From: a virus
Taxonomy: Duplodnaviria; Caudoviricetes
IMG/VR virus record: IMGVR_UViG_3300042691_041259
Location: 128,001-192,000 of that record
Direction: 5' to 3' (one strand)
DNA: 64,000 nt
Shown here: positions 20,605 through 30,397 of the stretch, piece by piece
Layout: every line of letters begins with the position of its first letter
Numbering within the stretch: the first letter of the stretch is position 1
Notes under the pieces: generated by a model
Told to the model about the DNA's origin: nothing
What the model saw: the letters and a program-made list of their open reading frames with translations, nothing else
Databases searched by the model: none
Program-made: the position numbers and the translations under genes

Positions 20605-20967
20605 TTACACGGCTACCAGCCCAAAGGCCTTGGTACCATTAACATATATATCAATGTAAGCAACATCCCTGACAGTTCCAGGGACAAAATTGATTTCTAA
20701 TTTAAGATTGAATGCGCTGGCTTCGGGTATGTAACTAGCAATTTGTTGGTCAAAAGCCTGCTTTAATTCGTTTGCGCTAAACCCAAAGTCAAATAAGAGA
20801 TCCTCAAGACTAATACCAAATTGCGGATCCCCAAGAATTTCACCCTTTCGAGTAAACATAATCATTTTAAGCTTCTGTATGAGAATACGCAAAGAGTCTC
20901 TCTCTTCAATTTTAAACGCCTCATACCCAGGCTCATTTTGATTGATTATGTATATGTCCTTAATCAT
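20605..20967 (-). CDS. Baseplate wedge subunit, T4 gp25-like
   Basis: FTRKGEILGDPQFGISLEDLLF motif; probable start MIKDIY at 20967 (the track gives 20988). Confidence 0.82.
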   Translation of the reverse strand: MIKDIYIINQNEPGYEAFKIEERDSLRILIQKLKMIMFTRKGEILGDPQFGISLEDLLFDFGFSANELKQAFDQQIASYIPEASAFNLKLEINFVPGTVRDVAYIDIYVNGTKAFGLVAV

Positions 20968-21698
20968 TAGTGGAAGATGTAGAACCAATCTGGGCTATTT
21001 TCATCGTCAATCCTTTGTTTGATTTGTTCAAGTTCTTCTTTTCCTTCCTCTTTAATAGTGTCCGCATTTACTTGAACACCTCCTGGAAGATTAAACGTAA
21101 AGAAACCAAGGATTCTACCTAATGAGATTTTAGCCTGCGCAGTAACCCATCTTTGGAAAAACCAATCGTCGTAAAGTTTGTTCTCCTCAATTTTAACATA
21201 GGTTTGTACCGCGCAATTTCTTTTTGGATTTCTACCAATAATTTTCAGTCTCTTTGTATTTCGATTAAAGTCGTACGAAACTCTTTCTAAGATAAACGCC
21301 TGGGTCAAGTCCCAGTAAGAATATTGTGCAGCCCTAAGAACCAAGTCATCCGACGCAAATGGCGAGAGAAAAAGTTCTGCTGCTAATAAACGGTTGTCAT
21401 AAAAGTCAGCATCAATAGTGCCCAATCGGCCGGCTCCTTGTATTTCTCTAATTTCGTAAACGGATATTACGCAGTCGGGCATAAGTATGGAACGAGTCTT
21501 CCTAAAGTCTTCTTGCTGAAACCAGTCTTTAGTTATCACATAGTATTGTGTTTCAACCGCGGGTCCATAATTGACATAAAACCAGTTAAGAGCTTGATCA
21601 ATAACCCGCTCCATTTCTCTTTCAGGAACTGAATACGGGAGTGAACAAGATCCGGTGATCTCATTATTTACCATTTCGATAAGTTCTGCTCTGGTCAT
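20967..21698 (-). CDS. Neck protein, T4 gp13-like
   Basis: C-terminal AKISLGRILGFFTFNLPGGVQVNADTIKEEGKEEL resembles the gp13 LPGG motif; N-terminal VIDQALNWF. Confidence 0.75.
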   Translation of the reverse strand: MTRAELIEMVNNEITGSCSLPYSVPEREMERVIDQALNWFYVNYGPAVETQYYVITKDWFQQEDFRKTRSILMPDCVISVYEIREIQGAGRLGTIDADFYDNRLLAAELFLSPFASDDLVLRAAQYSYWDLTQAFILERVSYDFNRNTKRLKIIGRNPKRNCAVQTYVKIEENKLYDDWFFQRWVTAQAKISLGRILGFFTFNLPGGVQVNADTIKEEGKEELEQIKQRIDDENSPDWFYIFH

Positions 21699-21722
21699 TT
21701 GTGTTTTCTTATTTTTCTCCGA

Positions 21723-22070
21723 TTATTCAAAATCGGGCAAAAAGCCAAGACTATTCATACAGTCTTGATTAAAGTATGCCTGTTGTGATCTTGGATATTT
21801 GTTACTAAAAATAATTTTATCATCTTTAGCGACATCCAAAAAGTATACCCCTCCACCAATACCGGCTGTGATTGCCCATTCGGCGCCAGATCCACGTTCT
21901 TTTGCTACGTAAACATCCACTTGATCAAAGCGATTGTCATCGTCAAGCGTTTCTTCGCTTCTTTCCGCATCTCTGTCAAAGCTTATTCCACCAAGTCTTA
22001 ATTGTTTTTCAATATCAAAAGGTAAATGCGCTTCGCCAACAAACGCCTCAAACGTTTTTAAGTGCTTCAT
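21723..22070 (-). CDS. Putative internal head protein (N-terminal MKHLKTFEAFVGE)
   Basis: N-terminus resembles the T4 capsid-targeting sequence; late operon. Confidence 0.55.
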   Translation of the reverse strand: MKHLKTFEAFVGEAHLPFDIEKQLRLGGISFDRDAERSEETLDDDNRFDQVDVYVAKERGSGAEWAITAGIGGGVYFLDVAKDDKIIFSNKYPRSQQAYFNQDCMNSLGFLPDFE

Positions 22071-23470
22071 TTCTTTTCTTTCTTTTTATCTTTTTCCTTG
22101 GATTCATCCTTGTAACTACCTGGAGATTCTACGGGTTCTTTCTCTTCAACAATCATGGTTTCTTTAGAAACATTGGCAAGTTTTCCAATCTCCCCGTTAC
22201 GTATTACCCCTCTCACGACTTGGCAATTAATGATATTTGACTTGTTTTCAATAAAGCAATCATTACAAGCATTTTCAACATGTAATGGAGATTCCACTAT
22301 CTTTGAAAAGTCAACCGTGTTTCCTTTTGGAAATACGCTAAATCCAATACGGCTATTCTTAATTTTACAACCGTAAAAAGAACAACGATCCATAACACCT
22401 TCAAGTTCGCAATCAATTATTTCTAAATCGGTAAGCCTACAATTTTTTAATTTGGTGCTCTTTAATTGAAAACGACCAATTTCACTATCCAAATTAAACT
22501 CGCCTTTGGTCATACCGCCAGAAACAATAATTTCAAATAGTTTGTCTCTAAGATTGATCCAAACGCCTTCGAGTACATCATCATTGTCGTTCATATCTAA
22601 TGTTACCTTAATATCAGGGAACTCCTTTTTAAACGACGCATATTTTACAAAAGCTTGCGATATTTTATTTTGCTTTTCAATCATTTTCTTGAACTCTCGC
22701 ACTTCCGATGACGTGAAATCCATGAAATTAAGAACAGAATGCATATGCGTAATAAAGTAAGAAACCAGATCTAAAATCTTCTTGGTTTTCTTTTCATAAT
22801 CCGCGCCACCCATGTAACGATATTCCAAGTAGTTCTTTTCGAGTTTGAGGAAATTTACGCCATAATACTTTTCAAATGGAGTTTGGAAAGCATTTCTGCT
22901 GTAAACTGTGCTATCTTTATTGATAAAGAAGGCTGACTTATTTGGAAGAATTTCTTTAATGCTTCGAGCATAAACAGAATCTCTTCTCTTTGGAAAAACT
23001 GAGTACACGTTTTCTTCATCAAAAGAAAGAATGAACTTTAGAACATTCATATTTTTGATGTCAAATATGGTTGGAAGCTGAACATCGTCAATAGAAATGT
23101 TGACGTGAATGGAGCATCTTTCCGTGGTGTACCCATTATTGCTAATCCATTCCAGCACTTTAATAATGACATTCCGGGCTTCTGTATATTTCATTGGCCC
23201 AGTCACTAATTCGCACATAGTCTTTCCACCGGAATAGTCCGGTTCGAGCTTAAAAATCTCATCGGTTGGTGCTACTGGAGAGTGGTACAGCGGTTTAGGT
23301 TCTTTAATATCGGAAAGGGCCATTGGAACAACAACCCGTTTCCCGATATATTTTGATATTGACCGCGCTGTCTCTAAATGGCCTTTCAAATTAGAATAGA
23401 ATTCAAATTCTATCCCAATCTTTCCTGCCTCTAAAATTTCTGCAGGGCTATAGTTCTTCTTAATTTTCAT
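22067..23470 (-). CDS. Putative amidoligase (COOH-NH2 ligase) with C-terminal beta-solenoid
   Basis: IGIEFEF, ELVTGP, CSIHVNIS, KYYGVNF and LEYRYMGG motifs; the C-terminus has short Cys/Ile-rich repeats. Confidence 0.8.
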   Translation of the reverse strand: MKIKKNYSPAEILEAGKIGIEFEFYSNLKGHLETARSISKYIGKRVVVPMALSDIKEPKPLYHSPVAPTDEIFKLEPDYSGGKTMCELVTGPMKYTEARNVIIKVLEWISNNGYTTERCSIHVNISIDDVQLPTIFDIKNMNVLKFILSFDEENVYSVFPKRRDSVYARSIKEILPNKSAFFINKDSTVYSRNAFQTPFEKYYGVNFLKLEKNYLEYRYMGGADYEKKTKKILDLVSYFITHMHSVLNFMDFTSSEVREFKKMIEKQNKISQAFVKYASFKKEFPDIKVTLDMNDNDDVLEGVWINLRDKLFEIIVSGGMTKGEFNLDSEIGRFQLKSTKLKNCRLTDLEIIDCELEGVMDRCSFYGCKIKNSRIGFSVFPKGNTVDFSKIVESPLHVENACNDCFIENKSNIINCQVVRGVIRNGEIGKLANVSKETMIVEEKEPVESPGSYKDESKEKDKKKEKK

Positions 23471-23489
23471 TTAAACAGCTTTCTTTTTA

Positions 23490-23497
23490 TATTTATC
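23490..23497 (-). promoter_or_regulatory. Late-promoter-like motif GATAAATA
   Basis: 20 nt upstream of the ATG at 23470. Confidence 0.6.
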
Positions 23498-23511
23498 TCA
23501 GTATGAGTAAC

Positions 23512-24726
23512 TTATTCTTCGTTAGGGATTGTCAAAAAGATTTTATCATTGTGTACGCGTTCAACGGACACCATTACGTGGTCACCTACCGCGTAATTCT
23601 TCTTTTTGATTTTTATTTCTTTCTTGGAAATTAAGCCTACAATATCTTTCTGCAGCTTTACCAAAGTACCAAACGGCTGAATTGAAACAACTTCGCCACC
23701 TGTGATCACTCCTAAATGTTTTTCTTTGAACTCTTCAAGCTCTTTCATACGAATGCTTGGATCTTCATCGGTAAGAATAATTTTCTTATCTGGCGTAATT
23801 TCTTTAATCCAGAATTGAACGGTATTTCCTGCCGAAAATACGCCACTCTTAAAGTCTTCCCGCATTTCAGGAGTCATTTTACTTGTATGTATAAGACCTG
23901 TGAAGATCTCATTAAATTCTACAAATACACCAAACTTGGCAGTACCAGTGACTGTTCCTGTATATTTTTCTTCCAGGCTAAGGCTTTCAATTTTTGAAGG
24001 CAATACGTGTGAAAGATATTTTTTGTGGCTGAATACAAATGTTCCAGCGTCTCTGAGGTAATCTTCCACCATTACGTATATTTCTTTGCCCAGCATTGAA
24101 TCAAAGTCTCTTACAATATTAGCCGCTGCCAAAGAACCAGGTAAGAAACCTTCTATACCGGCAACGTTAACCAGGAATCCACCACCATTTCTGCTGATGA
24201 TTTTTGCGGTGTACGCGCTGGTAGGCTTTTCAATTTGTTGGAAGAACTCAGAACGAATGCTTTGAGAATGTCCTTTGCTTAGAGAAGCTATTGTATAAGG
24301 CTTTATGGTTTCAATTACCACTTTTTTGCCTTCAGCTCCAATAAATCCTGAAAAAGCGCCCTCGGTGTTTTTCATCCAGTCTACAAAAGACTCTTGATTC
24401 ATACCAACAGTCTTAAAGTATGGCTTTTCTTTTTCCAATTGAATCACAGCGTCAATCATACCTGAAAGGGTAACTACCATTTCAGTGTCATTGATACTAA
24501 CCACGGAAGTGATTGCGTGATATTCCCCAACTTTTGGTTCTTTTACGCCGCCAGCTGTGGATTTTTCATAGCGGAGATACATTTCTTCTGCACCGCTGTC
24601 ATGTCTCCAAATCTTTACTCCATATTTCTTTAGGAGAACGGGATTTGGGATTCTTCTTGCTTGACGGTCTTCTGCTTCAAAAGCCGCCCAGTCAAAGTCG
24701 AGTGTTGTGTTATTTTTGATTTGCAT
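23512..24726 (-). CDS. rpsA: Ribosomal protein S1-like protein (about 4 S1/OB repeats)
   Basis: Repeated S1 signatures: NGGGFLVNVAGIEGFLPGS, GTAKFGVFVEFNEIFTGLIHTSKM, QPFGTLVKLQKDIVGLISKKE. Confidence 0.85.
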   Translation of the reverse strand: MQIKNNTTLDFDWAAFEAEDRQARRIPNPVLLKKYGVKIWRHDSGAEEMYLRYEKSTAGGVKEPKVGEYHAITSVVSINDTEMVVTLSGMIDAVIQLEKEKPYFKTVGMNQESFVDWMKNTEGAFSGFIGAEGKKVVIETIKPYTIASLSKGHSQSIRSEFFQQIEKPTSAYTAKIISRNGGGFLVNVAGIEGFLPGSLAAANIVRDFDSMLGKEIYVMVEDYLRDAGTFVFSHKKYLSHVLPSKIESLSLEEKYTGTVTGTAKFGVFVEFNEIFTGLIHTSKMTPEMREDFKSGVFSAGNTVQFWIKEITPDKKIILTDEDPSIRMKELEEFKEKHLGVITGGEVVSIQPFGTLVKLQKDIVGLISKKEIKIKKKNYAVGDHVMVSVERVHNDKIFLTIPNEE

Positions 24727-24745
24727 ATTTATAGGTTTTCTATGT

Positions 24746-24754
24746 CTATATATC
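24746..24754 (-). promoter_or_regulatory. Late-promoter-like motif GATATATAG
   Basis: 20 nt upstream of the S1 gene ATG at 24726. Confidence 0.55.
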
Positions 24755-24756
24755 TT

Positions 24757-27700
24757 TTACGGAATTGCTTGATAGCCTGTAGCCGCCAAGTATGTGGAAC
24801 CAAGTCCTGACTTTCTTTGAGCTGTTGCTACTAATTGGTCTAGCCAAATTACAAAAGGAACATTCTTATCGCTTAGGCCTTCCCAAGTTGGGAGTTTTTC
24901 GAGAGGCTTAGTCGGATGTAATTTTGTAAAGGCAAGCCTTGCCGGAGAAAAACTGCAGGCTAGTAGTTTTACAATCAATGGCGTATTGTTAAAAAGCAGA
25001 GGCAGCACTGAATTTAGCAAAGGCTCTAAAATAGGCTTAAACAGCTCCCAACTTACATCGTAAAAAGGCCCGTCCTTTCCAGGAAGACTGAGTTTTGGCG
25101 GAAATTGGAAAAGCTCAATAATACTTAAAAACGGAAAGCTTCCTAACGCATTTATTGTGTTAATTAACGTAGAAACGCCGTCAAGCGCAGGATACACCGT
25201 TGATTCAAGAACTCCTCCTATAAAGCTTTTTATATCGCTACCTTTAATATCAGACAGACCAACGCCAAAGAGCGCTTTAACAATTAAAGAAACGGCAATT
25301 AGCTTCTGTACATTTTCTGAGGAAACGGCTTCATAAATTTTTGCCATGATAGTTGCTTTAATTGAATCAAAGGCTACTTGTGCGGCTTCTTTCATAAGAG
25401 TTTTAATAAGAGACCCGGGTATCACAATTTGAGAAGGTAATCCAATCTTTCCTGGAAGTGGAACTTTAAACTTAAAAGGTATTTGCTTAACCATGTCAAT
25501 AGTCTGCTTAAGCATATTGTAGCTTTCTGGATCGGGTATCACAAGTTCTGGAACCGCATCAAGCAAACCATTGATGGTGTTGTAAAACAATCTCTCCGCC
25601 GAAGGAAGATTTCCGCTAAGATCTAGTTCAAAAGACACTAGGTTTGCTATTTGTTCAAGCGGCAATGCATCAATAATAGAAGGCGCCGCTTTGAAAGCGC
25701 CTATCAGTACATATATGTATGGCGGAACTACCGGTAGCTGAATGTTTGTGTAACATGGAAATGGAAGAACCAGCGCGTCCACTGTTTTTGAGACAAACCC
25801 AAGAATTTCAGGGTTTATCTTTTTAGCAGCTTCCTCTAAAGGTTTCTTTATCAGCTTTTTAATTATTTTTGCTCGCTCTCGCACTTTTTCATCTAGAGAA
25901 GTATCAAAAGACAGCCTAGATTCTAATTCGTCAATTTCTGCATCGATTTCTCTAAAAAATCTTTTCACATTAGGGGTATCAACTTGCTGCAGTACCTGCT
26001 CACGAAGCTTTTTCTTTATATTGATAGTAGGTATCCCAATTCCTAGAGCTTTAAGCAGCTCGCTTTGTAACTCCGCCGGTGCTGAAGTGACTGTATCAAT
26101 TGCCTTATTGAGATTGTCCATAATTTCTCCTGGCCCTAAAGTTTTTAGCAACAACTTTTTATCATCTTTAGGAAATTTAATAGAATTTACTTTAATGCCA
26201 TCTATAGCTTTTACCGCACCAGCAAACACTTCTGTTAAAGCCGCTTCAATTTCTGCAGGATTTGGCGGTAGGCCTTCAAAAGCTTCCCTGATTTGTTGTC
26301 TCTTAGCACGTGCTGCCGCAGAATTGCCACCTATTGAAGGCGGATCCGGTATTTCCAATTGCGAATAAGAAGACTTAATCTTCTCTTTAAGCTTATCAAT
26401 GATATTTTTTCCGCTGTCTGGATTTCCAACATCGTTATTAGCATTGCCTACTAATAGTTTTCCTAATGGCGAAGACAGATTGATCTTGACTCCGCCTGGA
26501 GGCAACAATATGTCTAATAAAGACTTTTCTTCAAGTGGATTGACTCCAGCCACCGTAGGGTGTGGTATTGAACATGGTCCTCGAGATGTCAACATAAATG
26601 TTGCATCCCCCTTTTCATCAATAAACATAATAAACGGAGCTGGAATAAATCCAGCAAGAGCAATCCAAATAACAATTGTTCCTAAAGGAGTACTGATAGT
26701 TATGATATGTTTCCAAAGAAGAGGCAGAGGTATGCTAATTAAAGGATCGGGTATCCCAAGAGCAAGCGTAGGTATGGCCGGTATTGGAGGTATTGGAAAT
26801 TGAATAGCCACTGGATAGTATCGAAAAAGCCTGACACTAAAATTGGTAGGATCCAATTCAGGTACCGGTAGCACACTTACCTTTTGCATTATTTTTGTGT
26901 ACTCTTTCCAGTAACAGTTCTTAATAAATGTAGGACATCGGCCATCAGATGGTCTTTGACCTACTGGATCTGAACCCAATTTATCCTTGCATTCTTTCTC
27001 TAAATTTGTAGAGTCACCTCCATCAACAGGGGCTCCAAGTTTTTTAGCTGTATTTTCAATGTTTGCTTGATTCTCTTCAACACAAATTTGACAGCTTTCC
27101 ATTAAAGCATCTAGTGAAGCCAGTTCTTCTTGCAATTTTTCGTAATATGTGCGGGCAACAAATGATTTTCTAGAAAAATCGTCTATATTACTAATTGAAT
27201 ACAGTTGGATCAGATCGTCTAAAAACCCGCGGTTTTCAATGTTATCAAAGAAAACAAGCGCTGCTTCCCTTTTTGCTGCTTGGTCAATCGGGCCATTGAT
27301 AAAATTTGCATACGCAGCAGAGTTTTCAATGTCTTGAGCTTTTTGGATAACCTTTTCACGAGTTTTTTTATCTAGGTTTTCTAAAAAATCTTGTGCTATC
27401 TCATCATTACTTTTCAAATCTTGAGAGGCTGCCGGAACCTGTATTATGACTTCCTCTTCCAGACCATTTTTTACCACTTTATTAACTGTTTCGCCTACAG
27501 GCTCTCCTCTATCATTAAACTGTGGCTTTGGCTGTGTGTAGCCTTGCTCTTGATATGTAAAGAAGTAGTCTATTCTTTTTGCTGAGAAGAACGGCTTCCA
27601 TATGCCAACTTCAAAAAGACCTTGCCTATCTTTTACTAGGTTTTCTCCAGAATACTCTGGAACGTCAATGGGTATGATGTAATTCACTAGCGGTTCAGAA

Positions 27701-29628
27701 ATGCCTGTGATTGTGTTAAGCTTTCCGCCTAATGATGTCCCCGTTCCTGATATGTATGACGGATTCCAGACTGTACTAGGTGTATTGATAGACTCTTGCC
27801 AAAGCTCTTGACAGCGCCCTCTAACATCATAATAAGAATCCGTTTCCGCGGTTATTTTAAGAATTCCCGGAGCTTTAATGCTCCATTGATTAAATTGCGT
27901 AGGTAAGTACCCTACCAAATTACTCAGTGGATTTGTGTCTATGTTTAGCCCCTGGCGAATTTGCTGGAGGTTTCCATTTGCAATATTGTTAAGTTCATCT
28001 TTAAATCCATTAAATTGGGTTTCAACCGCAATTAGATTTTCATTTTCATCATTGATTGTTAATGTATAAATTCCTTGTCCTTCATAATTAAGATAAGTCA
28101 AAGCTTCCACCCCGCTAAGAAAATCTTCTGAATTAGTGTACACTCCATTTGTTAGGGATGAGTAATCAGTAGACTCTGCTATAACAGCGTCGCGATCTCT
28201 AATAATCGCAATCAATTGATTATTGAAAAAATCTATGTAATCTTTTAGCCTATCAAAATACTGGATTGTTATCTTGTGTAAAATTGCATGCGAGTAGAAC
28301 GCATACCATTTATTACTTGCGTCTCCTTTCTGCGCTCCACATTTTTGCATCTGCTGAGAAAAAGCATCAATTTCAGAAAGAACTTCTTGAACTTTATTGA
28401 GCTCCCCTTCCTGTGAAGGAATTTCTACATTTGGATAATCCACTGCTACCGATCCATCTTCACCCACACTCGCAAACCCTGATATGTCGGCTGCTATTCC
28501 AGCAGCTCCAGCAGCCCCACTTTCATCACCATCTGTAGGAACTTTGCAAGTCTCGTCATGAATTTTTTGAATCTCTTCCTCCCTATACGCAGATGGCTTA
28601 GGTGTTACATCCGCACATTTATTGATAACCTTTCCTATTTGTGATGGATACGTATCCTCAGGGTCCGGCAAGCCTATTTGTGTTGTGACATTACTTACAG
28701 GGTCAGACAATCCTGCTTCTTGTGCTGCACCATTGTTTACAAGGTCAGGCAATCCTATTATGGATTGAACATTTAATTCTTTTATTTGCTTTTCATTTTC
28801 AAAAAAAGTTTGAGCCTCTTTTTCAATATCAACGTCCTTTACTAAGTTTACTCCAAGTATTTTAGTCTGCTCAAAAAATTCAACTTTGTCCTTTGCATTT
28901 TTCAGAGCATTTTTTACAGATGGCACTCCTAAAAATTGCTCTTTTGCGAGATTTTGCAGCTCTTCAAGTTCTTCTGGCCCAGATTCCGATAAGAGTTTTT
29001 TGTATGTTACACCTGCCAAATTTTGCAAAGCCTCTTCAGCAGAACCAAATTTTGCATCGGGTGCCCATGCAAATGTTCCAATTCCTATTTTGAATCTTAC
29101 GCCAAGCTCAATTGGACCAAACTTAAAACCTAGCACAGCATCAATAGTAGGTATTGTGATAGCTATTTTTAACTTTGAAAACGCGTTTAAATCAATTCCA
29201 CTCAAATCCATTACCTTTGTAATATCAATGTTTGGATTTTCTGTGATTTCAGTAATTTTGAATTTGCCAACCTTCTTTTCCGGATCCGTGATTTTTACAT
29301 CATCAAAATTGACATCGCCATCGGGAAGGCTAAAAAGCGTTTCCACTAATTTTGTAAGCTGCGACATTTTTCCAAGAGGGTCAACTTTCCCAATAAATCG
29401 CTCTTCAATAGGAATTTCGGGATACTCGTTGTAGTCGCTGGATGTTACTGTTTGACTGAACAGATTTTCTATTTCTTTGGCTTTTTTGATGACCGCTTGT
29501 TTTGGAGCAAGCACGCCATCAGGCACGGCTTCGTTTAGAATCTTGTTTATTTCGTCAAGAAGCTCTTTTGCTTCTTTTGATTTTGATTCACAACATGTAC
29601 AATTGATACCGTGAATTTCACTCTTCAT
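24757..29628 (-). CDS. Large putative tail/baseplate protein (1623 aa) with Pro-rich hydrophobic C-terminal half
   Basis: Coupled to the gp5-like gene (1-nt overlap); helical coiled regions and hydrophobic segments. Confidence 0.55.
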   Translation of the reverse strand: MKSEIHGINCTCCESKSKEAKELLDEINKILNEAVPDGVLAPKQAVIKKAKEIENLFSQTVTSSDYNEYPEIPIEERFIGKVDPLGKMSQLTKLVETLFSLPDGDVNFDDVKITDPEKKVGKFKITEITENPNIDITKVMDLSGIDLNAFSKLKIAITIPTIDAVLGFKFGPIELGVRFKIGIGTFAWAPDAKFGSAEEALQNLAGVTYKKLLSESGPEELEELQNLAKEQFLGVPSVKNALKNAKDKVEFFEQTKILGVNLVKDVDIEKEAQTFFENEKQIKELNVQSIIGLPDLVNNGAAQEAGLSDPVSNVTTQIGLPDPEDTYPSQIGKVINKCADVTPKPSAYREEEIQKIHDETCKVPTDGDESGAAGAAGIAADISGFASVGEDGSVAVDYPNVEIPSQEGELNKVQEVLSEIDAFSQQMQKCGAQKGDASNKWYAFYSHAILHKITIQYFDRLKDYIDFFNNQLIAIIRDRDAVIAESTDYSSLTNGVYTNSEDFLSGVEALTYLNYEGQGIYTLTINDENENLIAVETQFNGFKDELNNIANGNLQQIRQGLNIDTNPLSNLVGYLPTQFNQWSIKAPGILKITAETDSYYDVRGRCQELWQESINTPSTVWNPSYISGTGTSLGGKLNTITGISEPLVNYIIPIDVPEYSGENLVKDRQGLFEVGIWKPFFSAKRIDYFFTYQEQGYTQPKPQFNDRGEPVGETVNKVVKNGLEEEVIIQVPAASQDLKSNDEIAQDFLENLDKKTREKVIQKAQDIENSAAYANFINGPIDQAAKREAALVFFDNIENRGFLDDLIQLYSISNIDDFSRKSFVARTYYEKLQEELASLDALMESCQICVEENQANIENTAKKLGAPVDGGDSTNLEKECKDKLGSDPVGQRPSDGRCPTFIKNCYWKEYTKIMQKVSVLPVPELDPTNFSVRLFRYYPVAIQFPIPPIPAIPTLALGIPDPLISIPLPLLWKHIITISTPLGTIVIWIALAGFIPAPFIMFIDEKGDATFMLTSRGPCSIPHPTVAGVNPLEEKSLLDILLPPGGVKINLSSPLGKLLVGNANNDVGNPDSGKNIIDKLKEKIKSSYSQLEIPDPPSIGGNSAAARAKRQQIREAFEGLPPNPAEIEAALTEVFAGAVKAIDGIKVNSIKFPKDDKKLLLKTLGPGEIMDNLNKAIDTVTSAPAELQSELLKALGIGIPTINIKKKLREQVLQQVDTPNVKRFFREIDAEIDELESRLSFDTSLDEKVRERAKIIKKLIKKPLEEAAKKINPEILGFVSKTVDALVLPFPCYTNIQLPVVPPYIYVLIGAFKAAPSIIDALPLEQIANLVSFELDLSGNLPSAERLFYNTINGLLDAVPELVIPDPESYNMLKQTIDMVKQIPFKFKVPLPGKIGLPSQIVIPGSLIKTLMKEAAQVAFDSIKATIMAKIYEAVSSENVQKLIAVSLIVKALFGVGLSDIKGSDIKSFIGGVLESTVYPALDGVSTLINTINALGSFPFLSIIELFQFPPKLSLPGKDGPFYDVSWELFKPILEPLLNSVLPLLFNNTPLIVKLLACSFSPARLAFTKLHPTKPLEKLPTWEGLSDKNVPFVIWLDQLVATAQRKSGLGSTYLAATGYQAIP

Positions 29629-30392
29629 TATTGAGATAGTTTAACATTCTTTGACGTAGAAAGCTGCTCAAAAGAAGACGCAGCGCCAGTCATTATACCA
29701 GGCGTTGAAGGCAATTTTGCATCAATAGCGCCTGCCATCATTTTTAAAAAGGTCCATAAAGGCTCTGCCAATACACCAGAATAAACTGGCGCAGGCCCGA
29801 GTTTGGTGGCGGCGGTTCCATTCATCGCAACTTCTGAAGATTCCCCTTTTATTAGAGAATTTGAAGTAATGTTAATTGTGCTATTTGCTGTGATATTGAT
29901 GGTTGTACCAACAAGCTCAATTATACTTTGGCTATCTTTATGTTCAATAGTTATACTGCTATCTGGATTGATTGTAATATGAGAATCTTTGTGAAAGATT
30001 TCCATACCATTACCAGGAGTGTAGTAGACTTTTAATTGCTCATCCTCATCGTATGCAAGCACATGACTATTAAGATAGGTGTCACTAATATCAGATTGCA
30101 TAGCCCGGTTAATTGTCTGAATACCATAGTATTCGGGAGAATACAGATTGCCTTCAGAAAATTGGACTCTTACAATTGCGCCGATTTTTGGAATGGAAAG
30201 ACTTCCAAATCCGCCAGGGCCACCTGCAAATACAGTGTTCGTTACTGGGAAAGCCCAAGGAACGTTTTCGTCTTCTACATCATCAAAAAGACTGAAGACT
30301 TTGATTTTGCATCTGCCTAATTTTTCGGGATCATTATTGTCAACGACTGGGCCTACCCAAATTCTGTCTCTTAGTTCTGCTTTTGTTGCCAT
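29628..30392 (-). CDS. Baseplate central spike, gp5/VgrG OB-fold protein (no lysozyme domain)
   Basis: WVGPVVDNNDPEKLGRCKIKVF...VPWAFP...IPKIGAIVRVQFSEGN motif followed by beta-helix-like ITI repeats. Confidence 0.9.
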   Translation of the reverse strand: MATKAELRDRIWVGPVVDNNDPEKLGRCKIKVFSLFDDVEDENVPWAFPVTNTVFAGGPGGFGSLSIPKIGAIVRVQFSEGNLYSPEYYGIQTINRAMQSDISDTYLNSHVLAYDEDEQLKVYYTPGNGMEIFHKDSHITINPDSSITIEHKDSQSIIELVGTTINITANSTINITSNSLIKGESSEVAMNGTAATKLGPAPVYSGVLAEPLWTFLKMMAGAIDAKLPSTPGIMTGAASSFEQLSTSKNVKLSQ

Positions 30393-30397
30393 TTACC

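Noticed and set aside
22067-29628. ILEA/ILNE near the N-termini of the amidoligase and the 1623-aa protein as capsid-targeting signals
   Set aside because: They lack the preceding aromatic F/Y-x-x-F pattern, and a bare (I/L)xE is too common to be informative.
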